Sequence record: OL631257.1
Direction: 5' to 3' (one strand)
Source: Escherichia phage ECCR664
Length of the DNA: 64,000 bases
Below the pieces are notes generated by a model, which had not been told where the DNA came from, ran no database searches, and saw nothing but the letters and a program-made list of their open reading frames with translations. The position numbers and the translations under genes are program-made. Positions 50,724 to 64,000 of the stretch are shown in pieces (within the stretch, counting starts at the first letter, position 1; each line of letters begins with the position of its first letter).

Positions 50724-52171
50724 TGGCTGATATATCTCTGGTAGATTTACCATATGTTGACGGCCCGCCAGACGCGGGTCAGAGTCGTATTGAATGGATT
50801 AAAAACGATGAAGAAATAACAGGTGCCGACACAAAATACGGTTCTGAAGGTGTAATGAACCGTCCTATTGTTGAAGTTCAACGTAACGTAGAAGCGTTAG
50901 ATGTTAATATTAAAACTATAGCATCTTCTTTGAATACGGCCAATGAAGATATCAAAGTTATTCAAGGTATTTTAGATGTTTCTGGGGATGTTGATGCTCT
51001 TGCACAGATAGGCCAGAACACCCAAGATATCGATGTCATTAAAGTCACAGTTCAAACTCATGCCAGTGAATTGAATGATTTGAATGAACATATTGATGCG
51101 AATACTGATGATATTGGTGTTTATAATCAGGAAACAGATTCAGTTTATAGAACGGTTCGTAATGACCTGCTTTGGATTAAAAATGAATTAGGACAATATA
51201 CTGGTCAAGATATTAATGGGGTTCCTACTCCAGGAAATGATAGCACTGGTATGAAACGCCGTATTATGACTAATAGCTCCGTAATTGTTGACCACGGCGT
51301 TCGATTAACTGATTTAGAAACTAAATTTGCTGATTCTGACGTCGGCTCTTTAACTATTGAAGTCGAACGCTTACGCGAAGAAATGGGACCTCGTACTTCT
51401 TTCACTACTCCAGTGTTTAGTCGTCTTTCCGGTATTGATTTAACCTTGTCGCGTCAAAATGCTGACTTGGACGGCATTAAACAGTCTATTGGATATCCTA
51501 ATACGACTTCTATTATTACTACCACTAATGCAAATAGTTCAGCAATAAATGACATTAATCTTGAGCTCAATCAATCAGGTGGTATTAAACCTCGTTTGAC
51601 TACAGTAGAAACTGCCATTGGCGCTGATGATTTGCCTACTACAATCCAAGGTCGTATTAAACTCAATACTGATGCTATCGGAGCATTGAACACTGTTGTC
51701 GGCTCTGATTCTTCGTCAGGATTGCGTTTTAATGTGTCATGGTTAAATAACGTAGTTGGTGTTGACGCTTCAGGTGGGAAACCGGAACCAGCCGACTCTT
51801 TGCTTTATCGTACTCGAGAGCTTGAAGGAACTATCAGTGGGATGAGTAATGACATTCAGAACATTCAAACTGATGTTGGGACTACTACCACAGGAATTAA
51901 GGGTTCTGTAAACACATTAAATACTCTTATAAATGGCACCAACCCAAATGGTTCGACTGTTGAAGAACGCGGTATATTGCCTACAGTTAAAAGTCATGAT
52001 ACGACAATTAATAGTTTAACTTCTAGAATTGCTACTCTTGAAACTGATTTGGCCGCTGCAGAAGCTGAAATCCAAACTCTTAAGGAAGCTGGATATATTG
52101 AAGATGCTCCTTCAGACGGTAAATTCTATGTTCGCAAAGATGGTGCATGGGTTGAACTTCCTACAGCTTAA
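50723..52171 (+). CDS. wac: fibritin (whisker antigen control, wac)
   Basis: 482 aa coiled-coil protein ending with a foldon-like 'GYIEDAPSDGKFYVRKDGAWVELPTA'. Confidence 0.9.
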   Translation: MADISLVDLPYVDGPPDAGQSRIEWIKNDEEITGADTKYGSEGVMNRPIVEVQRNVEALDVNIKTIASSLNTANEDIKVIQGILDVSGDVDALAQIGQNTQDIDVIKVTVQTHASELNDLNEHIDANTDDIGVYNQETDSVYRTVRNDLLWIKNELGQYTGQDINGVPTPGNDSTGMKRRIMTNSSVIVDHGVRLTDLETKFADSDVGSLTIEVERLREEMGPRTSFTTPVFSRLSGIDLTLSRQNADLDGIKQSIGYPNTTSIITTTNANSSAINDINLELNQSGGIKPRLTTVETAIGADDLPTTIQGRIKLNTDAIGALNTVVGSDSSSGLRFNVSWLNNVVGVDASGGKPEPADSLLYRTRELEGTISGMSNDIQNIQTDVGTTTTGIKGSVNTLNTLINGTNPNGSTVEERGILPTVKSHDTTINSLTSRIATLETDLAAAEAEIQTLKEAGYIEDAPSDGKFYVRKDGAWVELPTA

Positions 52172-52177
52172 TGAAAA

Positions 52178-52191
52178 GGGCCTTCGGGCCC
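52178..52191 (+). terminator. hairpin after wac (UUCG loop), weak terminator
   Basis: 'gggcc ttcg ggccc'. Confidence 0.4.
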
Positions 52192-52194
52192 TAA

Positions 52195-53129
<935 letters not shown>

Positions 53130-53130
53130 T

Positions 53131-53895
53131 ATGGCAACTTATGATAAAAATCTTTTCGCCAAACTAGAAAATCGTGGTGGGTATTCTCAGACAAATGAAA
53201 CCGAAATCCTCAACCCATTTGTCAATTTTAATAACTATGAGAATAGTCAGACATTAGCTGATGTTCTAGTGGCAGAAAGCATACAGATGCGCGGTATTGA
53301 ATGTTTTTATGTTCCACGTGAATATGTCGCCGTGGACCTTATCTTTGGTGAGGACCTTAAAAATAAATTTACTAAAGCATGGAAATTTGCTGCATATCTG
53401 AACTCTTTTGAAGGTTATGAAGGAGCGAAATCCTTCTTCAGCAACTTCGGAATGCAAGTTCAAGACGAAGTTACATTATCTATTAACCCGGGTCTTTTCA
53501 AACACCAGGTCAACAATCAGGAGCCCAAGGAAGGTGATTTAATATACTTCCCAATGGATAACAGTTTGTTTGAGATTAACTGGGTTGAACCATATGACCC
53601 ATTCTATCAAGTAGGTAAAAATGCGATTCGTAAAATTACTGCAGGCAAGTTTATTTACTCAGGTGAAGAAATCAATCCGGTGCTTCAGAAAAATGAAGGT
53701 ATCAATATACCTGAATTTAGTGACTTGGAACTTAACCCTGTTAGAAATCTTGACGGTATCCATGACATTAATATCGATGAATATTCTGAAGTTGAGCAAA
53801 TCAATTCAGAGGCAAGTGAATACGTTGAACCATACGTAGTAGTTAACAACCGTGGTAGACAAAATTCACCATTTGACGATGGGTTTATGAATTAA
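53131..53895 (+). CDS. 14: neck protein gp14
   Basis: 254 aa at the gene 14 position. Confidence 0.85.
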   Translation: MATYDKNLFAKLENRGGYSQTNETEILNPFVNFNNYENSQTLADVLVAESIQMRGIECFYVPREYVAVDLIFGEDLKNKFTKAWKFAAYLNSFEGYEGAKSFFSNFGMQVQDEVTLSINPGLFKHQVNNQEPKEGDLIYFPMDNSLFEINWVEPYDPFYQVGKNAIRKITAGKFIYSGEEINPVLQKNEGINIPEFSDLELNPVRNLDGIHDINIDEYSEVEQINSEASEYVEPYVVVNNRGRQNSPFDDGFMN

Positions 53896-53944
53896 TAAAT
53901 AGATAAGATAAAGCAAACACCGGTCGAAAGGCCGGTTAGGAGAA

Positions 53945-54769
53945 ATGATGTTTGGCTATTTTTACAACTCGTCGTTCAGGCGATATATCACAATGATGGG
54001 CGATTTGTTTTCAAATATCCAAGTTAACCGTCAATTGTCTACAGGCAATAAATTAATTAGAGTTCCTATTACGTATGCATCTAAAGAGCACTTTATGATG
54101 AAACTTAATAAATGGACCTCTATAAACTCACAAGAAGATGTGGCTAAAGTCGAAACTATTCTACCACGTATAAATCTCCAAATGGTAGATTTCGTTTATA
54201 ACCCAACGTTTAAAACGAATATATTGAATAACTCTCTTTTGAGTAAATCGACTAAGGATATTGTAGACCAATACAACCCATCACCAATTAAAATGATTTT
54301 TGAACTGAGCATCTTTACTCGTTATGAAGATGATATGTTCCAAATCGTTGAGCAAATTATTCCATATTTTCAGCCGCATTTTAATACGACTATGATTGAG
54401 CAATATGGACAGGATATTCCATTTGAAAGGGATATTAAAGTCGTATGGATGGCAGCAGCAATGGATGAACAAATAGACGGTGATAATTTATCCCGTCGAC
54501 GTTTAGAGTGGTCATTAACATTTGAAGTAAATGGATGGATGTATCCTCCGGTAGGCGCAGCTGAAGGCCTTATTAAAACAACTTATCTTGATTTTCATGC
54601 TAATGAACGAGACCTTCAAACAGCCGCCAGTGTTTTTGAATCAGTTGATACAGAAATTAAACCGAGAGACGTTGAAGCACAAGATTGGAATGGCGAAGTT
54701 GAACAAACTTATACTCATGATATTCCAATCCCGACTCCACCAACCCCTCCTGGTCCTAGAAAACAATAA
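53945..54769 (+). CDS. 15: tail sheath stabilizer/tail completion gp15
   Basis: 274 aa at the gene 15 position. Confidence 0.85.
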   Translation: MMFGYFYNSSFRRYITMMGDLFSNIQVNRQLSTGNKLIRVPITYASKEHFMMKLNKWTSINSQEDVAKVETILPRINLQMVDFVYNPTFKTNILNNSLLSKSTKDIVDQYNPSPIKMIFELSIFTRYEDDMFQIVEQIIPYFQPHFNTTMIEQYGQDIPFERDIKVVWMAAAMDEQIDGDNLSRRRLEWSLTFEVNGWMYPPVGAAEGLIKTTYLDFHANERDLQTAASVFESVDTEIKPRDVEAQDWNGEVEQTYTHDIPIPTPPTPPGPRKQ

Positions 54770-57093
<2,324 letters not shown>

Positions 57094-57120
57094 AAATAAA
57101 GCAAATTAAGAGGAATTAAA

Positions 57121-59102
57121 ATGGCACTTCTCTCTCCGGGCGTTGAGCTCAAAGAAACTACCGTACAGAGTACTGTAGTTAATAACTCCACTGGTACTGC
57201 TGCCCTGGCTGGAAAATTCCAATGGGGACCTGCATTCCAGATTAAACAAATCACTGATGAAGTTGCATTAGTTGATATGTTTGGTACTCCTAATACGGAT
57301 ACAGCAGATTATTTCATGTCTGCTATGAACTTCCTTCAATACGGTAATGACCTTCGTGTTGTACGCGCAGTTGATCGTGATACTGCTAAGAACTCATCTC
57401 CTGTAGCAGGCAATATTGAATTCACAATCTCTGCCGCTGGTAGTAACTATGCGGTTGGTGATAAAATTATCGTTAAGTATTTGACCGAAACTGTTGAAGC
57501 AGATGGTTATGTCACTTCAGTTGATGTCGATGGTAAAATTCTTAACATTTATATCCCAACCGGTAAAATTATTGCTCGTGCAAAAGAAATTAATGAATAT
57601 CCGGCATTGGGTTCTAACTGGACCGCCGAAGTTGCCAGTTCTTCTTCTGGACTCTCTGGCGTTATTACAATTGGTTCTATCGTAACCGATTCAGGTATTC
57701 TGTTGACTGAAGTTGAAACTTCAGAAGAAGCTATTACTTCTCTAACTTTCCAAGAATCTATTAAAAATATGGTGTCCCAGGCGTAGTTGCTCTTTATCCT
57801 GGTGAACTTGGCGACCAGCTCGAAATTGAAATCGTATCTAAAGCAGACTATGACAAAGGTGCTTCAGCCCAGTTAAAAATTTATCCTGATGGCGGTACTC
57901 GTGCATCTACTGCTAAAGCAATCTTTGGATATGGCCCACAAACTGATGACCAATATGCAATTATCGTTCGTCGTAACGATGCTGTAGTCCAGAGCGTAGT
58001 TCTTTCTACTAAACGTGGTGAACGAGATATTTATGGTAGTAATATCTTTATTGATGATTTCTTTGCTAAAGGCGCAAGCAATTATATTTTCGCTACTGCA
58101 CAAGGTTGGCCAAAAGGTTTCTCTGGCGTAATCAAACTGAGTGGTGGCTTATCATCTAATGAAACGGTCGACGCTGGTGATTTAATGGAAGCTTGGGATT
58201 TGTTTGCTGACCGCGAATCTGTTAATGCGCAGTTGTTTATTGCCGGTTCTTGTGCAGGTGAATCTTTAGAAGTTGCTTCTACAGTTCAGAAACATGTTGT
58301 AGCAATTGGTGATTCTCGCCAAGATTGCTTGGTTCTTTGCTCACCACCACGTTCAACTATAGTCGGTATTCCTGTTAATCGTGCAGTTGATAATCTTGTT
58401 GATTGGCGTACTGCATCAGGAACTTACACTGATAATAACTTTAATGTAAGTTCTACTTATGCTGCTATTGACGGTAACTATAAATATCAATATGACAAAT
58501 ATAATGATGTGAATCGTTGGGTTCCATTAGCTGCTGATATCGCTGGTCTTTGTGCTCGTACAGACAATATTTCTCAGCCTTGGATGTCTCCGGCTGGTTA
58601 TAACCGTGGACAAATTCTTAACGTTATTAAGCTTGCAATTGAAACTCGTCAACCACAACGTGATCGTTTGTATCAGGAAGCTATTAACCCTGTTACTGGT
58701 ACCGGTGGTGATGGATATGTTCTGTATGGTGATAAAACTGCCACTTCTGTTCCTTCACCATTTGACCGTATTAACGTTCGTCGTTTGTTCAATATGGTTA
58801 AAACGAACATTGGTTCAGCATCTAAATATCGCCTGTTTGAATTGAACAACGCATTTACCCGTTCTTCTTTCCGTACAGAGACTTCTCAATATCTACAGGG
58901 TATTAAAGCTCTCGGTGGTGTATATAACTTTAAAGTTGTTTGTGATACTACCAATAACACCCCAGCAGTTATCGACCGTAATGAATTTGTAGCTACTTTC
59001 TACTTACAACCTGCCCGCTCGATAAATTATATTACGTTGAACTTTGTAGCAACAGCAACTGGTGCCGATTTCGACGAACTGATTGGTGCTGTAGGTGGTT
59101 AA
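57121..59102 (+). CDS. 18: tail sheath protein gp18, frameshifted (about 2 indels)
   Basis: 'MALLSPGVELKETTVQSTVVNNSTGTAALAGKFQWGPAFQI' start; the span equals 659 codons as in T4 gp18. Confidence 0.9.
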
Positions 59103-59115
59103 TAAGACGCCTGAT

Positions 59116-59133
59116 GGGCTATTTCGGTAGCCC
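59116..59133 (+). terminator. hairpin after gene 18
   Basis: 'gggctatttcggtagccc'. Confidence 0.45.
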
Positions 59134-59134
59134 A

Positions 59135-59142
59135 TATAAATA
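59135..59142 (+). promoter_or_regulatory. T4 late promoter (TATAAATA) for gene 19
   Basis: Exact TATAAATA. Confidence 0.6.
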
Positions 59143-59214
59143 TACTATATCGTTTAAAAATTAATTCTATGGGCATCCGGTTAATCCTAAGCCCATATTA
59201 CTACAGAGGCTAAT

Positions 59215-59706
59215 ATGTTTGTAGATGACGTAACTCGTGCCTTCGAATCTGGTGATTTCGCTCGCCCTAACCTGTTCGAAGTAGAAATCTCTTATCTTGG
59301 GCAAAACTTTAGCTTCCAGTGTCGTGCTACGGCTCTTCCTGCTGCGATCGTTGAAAAGGTTCCTGTTTCTTATATGAACCGTAAAATTAACGTGGCAGGT
59401 GACCGTACATTTGACGATTGGACTATTACAGTAATGAATGACGATGCTCATAGTATTCGTCAGAAATTTGTTGATTGGCAAGGTATTGCAGCAGGACAAG
59501 GTAATGAAATTACCGGTGGTAAACCTGCTGAATATAAAAGACTGCTATCGTTCGTCAATTTGCTCGTGATGCTAAAACGGTCACTAAAGAAGTTGAAATT
59601 GTTGGCTTGTGGCCTACTAACGTCGGCGAAGTATCTCTTGACTGGGATTCGAATAACGAGATTGAAACGTTCGAAGTAACTCTTGCTCTTGATTGGTGGG
59701 AATAAT
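59215..59706 (+). CDS. 19: tail tube protein gp19, frameshifted about 59540
   Basis: 'MFVDDVTRAFESGDFARPNLFEVEISYLGQNF'; C-terminal '...TFEVTLALDWWE' in a shifted frame. Confidence 0.9.
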
Positions 59707-59753
59707 CTGGTTGGGGAGAAATCCCCAGCTTCCCGTGATGACGGAGAAGTCCA

Positions 59754-59761
59754 TATAAATA
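59754..59761 (+). promoter_or_regulatory. T4 late promoter (TATAAATA) for gene 20
   Basis: Exact TATAAATA 29 nt upstream of the ATG. Confidence 0.6.
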
Positions 59762-59789
59762 TAACTATAATTCCCATTCGGAGAATACA

Positions 59790-61383
59790 ATGAAATTTAA
59801 TATCTTAAGTTTGTTTGCTCCATGGGCAAAAATGGACGAACGTGATTACAAAGACCAAGAAAAGAAAATTTAGAATCGATCACCACACCAAAATTAGACG
59901 ACGGCGCTAAAGAATACGAAGTATCTGAAAATGAAGCACAGCAAACATATAATGCTATGTTTCAGAGAATGTTCGGTAGCCAAGAACCAGGGCTCAAATC
60001 AACGCGTGAATTAATCGATACGTATCGAAATTTGATGACGAACTATGAAGTGGATAATGCAGTCTCTGAAATAGTTTCCGATGCTATCGTATATGAAGAT
60101 GATACAGAAGTCGTTTCTATAAATTTAGACAACACAAAATTTAGTCCAAATATCAAATCAATGATGTTGGATGAATTTAACGAAGTGTTAAATCATTTAT
60201 CTTTCCAACGTAAAGGTTCAGACCATTTTAGACGTTGGTACGTAGATTCTCGAATTTTCTTCCATAAAATTATTGACCCTAAACGCCCTAAAGAAGGTAT
60301 TAAAGAGCTTCGTCGTTTAGACCCACGTCAAGTTCAATATGTCCGTGAAGTTATTACAACCACTGAAGCTGGTGTTAAAATAGTCAAGGGTTATAAAGAA
60401 TATTTCATTTATGACACATCACACGAATCTTATGCTTGTGATGGTCGCATATATGAAGCTGGCACAAAAATAAAAATCCCTAAAGCCGCGATTGTTTATG
60501 CCCATTCTGGTTTAGTTGATTGTTGTGGTAAAAATATCATTGGTTATTTGCATCGGGCTATTAAGCCGGCGAACCAATTAAAACTTCTTGAAGATGCCGT
60601 CGTAATTTATCGTATTACTCGTGCTCCAGATCGTCGTGTATGGTACGTTGATACAGGTAATATGCCTTCAAGAAAAGCAGCAGAACATATGCAACATGTT
60701 ATGAATACGATGAAAAACCGTATTGCATATGATGCCACTACAGGCAAGATTAAAACCAACAGCATATTATGTCGATGACCGAAGATTATTGGTTACAACG
60801 ACGTGATGGTAAAGCAGTAACAGAAGTTGATACATTACCGGGTGCAGATAATACTGGAAATATGGAAGATGTACGTTGGTTCCGTAATGCGCTTTATATG
60901 GCTTTACGTATTCCTATTACCCGTATTCCAAGCGACCAAGGTGGTATACAGTTTGATGCTGGTACTTCTATTACACGAGATGAATTGTCATTTGGTAAAT
61001 TTATTCGTGAGCTGCAACATAAATTTGAAGAGATATTCCTAGACCCGCTTAAAACTAATTTAATTCTTAAAGGAATTATTACAGAAGATGAGTGGAATGA
61101 TGAAATAAATAATATTAAGATAAAATTTCATCGGGATAGTTATTTCTCGGAATTAAAGGATGCTGAGATTCTGGAGCGTCGCATTAATATGCTTCAGATG
61201 GCCGAACCATTTATTGGTAAATATATTTCTCACAGAACAGCTATGAAAGATATTCTTCAGATGTCTGACGAGGAAATTGAACAAGAGGCTAAGCAAATTG
61301 AAGAAGAGTCGAAAGAGGCTCGTTTCAAGACCCCGACCAAGAACAAGAGGATTTTTAATGGACGATTTAATTCAAGCTATTAA
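59790..61383 (+). CDS. 20: portal vertex protein gp20, frameshifted (at least 2 indels); 3' end uncertain (61357 or 61383)
   Basis: '[26 protein letters not shown]' start then ORFs 59957..60778 and 60769..61383. Confidence 0.9.
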
Positions 61384-61593
61384 ATCAAACGACCTCGTTG
61401 CTACTCGAAAGTTTTTGAAAGTGCAATGGCAGAAAAAACGGTTCGTTTGATTGAAGCACGCAAAGCAGAAATCGCTTCTCAATTTTTGATTGAAGGCGAA
61501 GAACCTGAAGAAGAAAAGAAAGCTAAAGCTTCGGAAGACGACGCTGATGAAGGCGATGACGACGAAGACGAAGATGATGAGGACGATGAATAA
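61358..61593 (+). CDS. 67: prohead core protein gp67, frameshifted at a T-run 61412-61416
   Basis: '[18 protein letters not shown]' start; acidic C-terminus '[11 protein letters not shown]'. Confidence 0.75.
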
Positions 61594-62016
61594 TGTATCT
61601 TATCCCTGAATCTTATGAATTGGTACTCGAAAATGTCGAAGCACTTATTCCTGAAGCACAGGGCCGAATCGATGCATTGTCTTCTGCTCTCGATATTGAC
61701 GATATAAATACTATTATCGAGAACATGCTTGAAACTGAAACGGATTTAGCTGTTGCAATGGCTTCCATTATTAATGAAGAACAGTTAAATGAGTTTATCG
61801 TTAAACATGTTTCTTCTCGTGGTGAAGTCACCCGCACTAAAGACCGTAAAACTCGTGAACGTAACGCGTTCCAAACAACCGGTCTTTCTAAAGCAAAACG
61901 TAGACAAATCGCTCGTAAGGTCGTTAAAGCTAAAAAGCTAACCCTTCAGGCCAAGTTAAAGGCATGCGTAAGCGTAAAAAGCTCTTAAACGTCGTAAAGC
62001 ATTAGGATTAAGCTAA
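61593..62016 (+). CDS. 68: prohead core protein gp68 (3' frameshift)
   Basis: ORF 61593..61988 plus a basic C-terminal tail in a shifted frame. Confidence 0.7.
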
Positions 62017-62657
62017 TGAATAAACCCGAGTTACTTATTGAAACTTGGGGTCAACCCGGTGAGATTATTGATGGCGTTCCAATGTTGGAATCTCATGATG
62101 GAAAAGATTCTGGCTTAAAACCAGGGCTTTATATAGAAGGTATTTTTCTTCAGGCAGAGGTTGTTAACCGAAATAAACGTTTATATCCTAAACGCGTTTT
62201 GGAAAAAGCAGTAAGTGACTATATTAAAGAACAAGTCGCAACCAAACAAGCCCTTGGAGAATTAAACCATCCACCTCGCGCAAATGTTGACCCTATGCAA
62301 GCCGCTATCATTATTGAAGATATGTGGTGGAAAGGAAACGATGTATATGGACGCGCTAGAATTATTGAAGGTGACCATGGTCCCGGTGATAAATTAGCTG
62401 CTAATATACGAGCTGGTTGGATTCCAGGTGTTTCCTCTCGTGGTCTTGGTTCTTTAACCGACACCAATAAAGGGTACCGTATCGTGAACGAAGGATTTAA
62501 ATTAACCGTCGGTGTAGATGCCGTATGGGGACCTTCTGCTCCAGATGCTTGGGTTACTCCTAAACAAATATCAGAATCAGAAAATTCGGTGGAAATCACC
62601 AAAAACAGTGCTGATGAAGCATTTAAAGCTCTCGCAGAGAGTTTAAAAGCATTATAA
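62016..62657 (+). CDS. 21: prohead core scaffold protein and protease gp21
   Basis: 213 aa (T4 gp21 is 212 aa) at the gene 21 position. Confidence 0.9.
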   Translation: MNKPELLIETWGQPGEIIDGVPMLESHDGKDSGLKPGLYIEGIFLQAEVVNRNKRLYPKRVLEKAVSDYIKEQVATKQALGELNHPPRANVDPMQAAIIIEDMWWKGNDVYGRARIIEGDHGPGDKLAANIRAGWIPGVSSRGLGSLTDTNKGYRIVNEGFKLTVGVDAVWGPSAPDAWVTPKQISESENSVEITKNSADEAFKALAESLKAL

Positions 62658-62660
62658 ATA
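62653..62660 (+). promoter_or_regulatory. T4 late promoter (TATAAATA) for gene 22
   Basis: Exact TATAAATA overlapping the gene 21 stop. Confidence 0.55.
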
Positions 62661-62690
62661 ATAATGTAATCTAAACCACAGGACACTAAA

Positions 62691-63502
62691 ATGATCAAAG
62701 AACAACTTTTGAAAGAAGCTCAGAACATCGAGACTTCAGTTGCTCTTAATAGTGTTTTCGAATCAGTAGAACTGTCTCCGGACGTTAAAGCTAATTTCAG
62801 CACTGTATTCGAAGCCACCGTTAAGCAGGAAGCAGTCAAACTGGCTGAATCTCATATCAAAGCCATCGCCGAAAAGGCTGAAGAAGAAGTTGAAAAGGCC
62901 AAAGAAGATGCTGAAGAGAAAGCTGATAAAAATTGGCTGAACAAGCTTCTAAATTCCTAGACCATCTTGCAAAAGAATGGCTCACAGAAAACCAAATCGC
63001 AGTTGATAAAGGCATTAAAGCTGATTTGTTTGAATCCATGCTTGGTGGTCTGAAAGAACTGTTTGTTGAACATAACGTTGTTGTTCCAGAAGAATCTGTA
63101 GATGTTGTAGCAGAAATGGAAGAAGAGCTGGCCGAACATAAAGAAGAAACCGCTCGTTTGTTCGAAGAAGTTACCAAACGTGATGCATATATCAATTACG
63201 TTCAGCGTGAAACCGCTATTAATGAAAGCGTAAAAGACCTGACTGAATCTCAGAAAGAAAAAGTTATTGGCCTGGTTGAAGGTATGGATTATTCTGACGC
63301 ATTTGGTACTAAGTTAACTGCTATTGTAGAAATGGTTAAAGGTTCTACTAAAGAAGAAGCCGCTATTACCGAAAGTATAAATACAGTTGACAATGACGCT
63401 GCCGGTCTTAATTTTGTTGCCGAAGCAGTTGACACTACCACAACTCAGGTAGAACAGAATTCTAATGTAAGTTTATATGCGAAAGTCGCATCTCGTTTCT
63501 AA
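62691..63502 (+). CDS. 22: prohead core scaffold protein gp22, frameshifted about 62940
   Basis: ORFs 62691..62960 and 62933..63502; the span equals 269 codons as in T4 gp22. Confidence 0.9.
63376..63383 (+). promoter_or_regulatory. candidate late promoter (TATAAATA) for gene 23 inside the 3' end of gene 22
   Basis: Exact TATAAATA 137 nt upstream of the gp23 ATG. Confidence 0.4.
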
Positions 63503-63519
63503 TTTAAAGGTTAACACAA

Positions 63520-64000
63520 ATGACTACTATCAAAACTAAAGCTCAGCTCGTAGACAAATGGAAAGAACTGCTGGAAGGTGAAGGCCTGCCGGAAATCGCT
63601 AATAGCAAGCAGGCTATTATCGCTAAAATCTTCGAAAACCAGGAAAAAGATTTCGAAGTATCCCCTGAATATAAAGACGAGAAAATCGCTCAGGCATTTG
63701 GTTCTTTCTTGACCGAAGCTGAAATTGGTGGTGACCACGGTTATAATGCTCAGAACATCGCAGCAGGTCAAACCTCTGGTGCAGTAACCCAAATTGGGCC
63801 GGCAGTTATGGGTATGGTTCGTCGTGCTATTCCTAATCTGATCGCTTTTGATATTTGTGGTGTTCAGCCTATGAACAGCCCGACCGGTCAGGTATTTGCT
63901 CTCCGTGCAGTATATGGTAAAGACCCTATCGCTGCTGGCGCTAAAGAAGCTTTCCATCCGATGTATGCCCCAGACGCGATGTTCTCTGGTCAGGGTGCTG
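63520..64000 (+). CDS. 23: major capsid protein gp23 precursor (5' part; truncated by the window end)
   Basis: 'MTTIKTKAQLVDKWKELLEGEGLPEIANSKQAIIAKIFENQEKDFEVSPEYKDEKIAQAFGSFLTEAEIGGDHGYNAQNIAAGQTSGAVTQIGP' matches T4 gp23. Confidence 0.95.
   Translation, partial: MTTIKTKAQLVDKWKELLEGEGLPEIANSKQAIIAKIFENQEKDFEVSPEYKDEKIAQAFGSFLTEAEIGGDHGYNAQNIAAGQTSGAVTQIGPAVMGMVRRAIPNLIAFDICGVQPMNSPTGQVFALRAVYGKDPIAAGAKEAFHPMYAPDAMFSGQGA

Overview
This window is a contiguous segment of a T4-like (T-even) myovirus genome, collinear with phage T4, with no CRISPR array, integrase or homing endonuclease seen. From 1 to about 36.5 kb, early/middle genes run on the minus strand: nrdH-like/nrdG/nrdD (intron-less), gene 49, nrdC, a block of hypothetical genes, rI, tk, regB, a GrcA-like gene, ipII, denV, an ipIII-like gene, e, nudE, more small genes, tRNA-Ile/tRNA-Arg, ipI, 57B (acb1), 57A, 1, 3, 2 and 4. 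This block is punctuated by about 20 sigma70-type early promoters (GTTTAC, 17-18 nt, TATAAT-like) and two families of repeated terminator hairpins. From 36.5 to 64 kb, the late morphogenesis block runs on the plus strand (53, 5, 5.1, 5.4, 6-12, wac, 13-20, 67, 68, 21, 22, start of 23) with TATAAATA late promoters. Roughly 30 conserved genes are broken by single-base frameshifts, mostly at homopolymer runs, which looks like sequencing or assembly error rather than biology. The most interesting accessory candidates are a Pol-beta-type nucleotidyltransferase next to a membrane protein, a macrodomain protein, a 2OG-Fe(II) oxygenase-like protein, a PspA-like coiled-coil protein, a tandem array of three small paralogs, a fourth internal-protein-like gene, and a duplicated small basic ORF. 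All homology calls are from reading the translations and from memory of T4 proteins; no database search was run.
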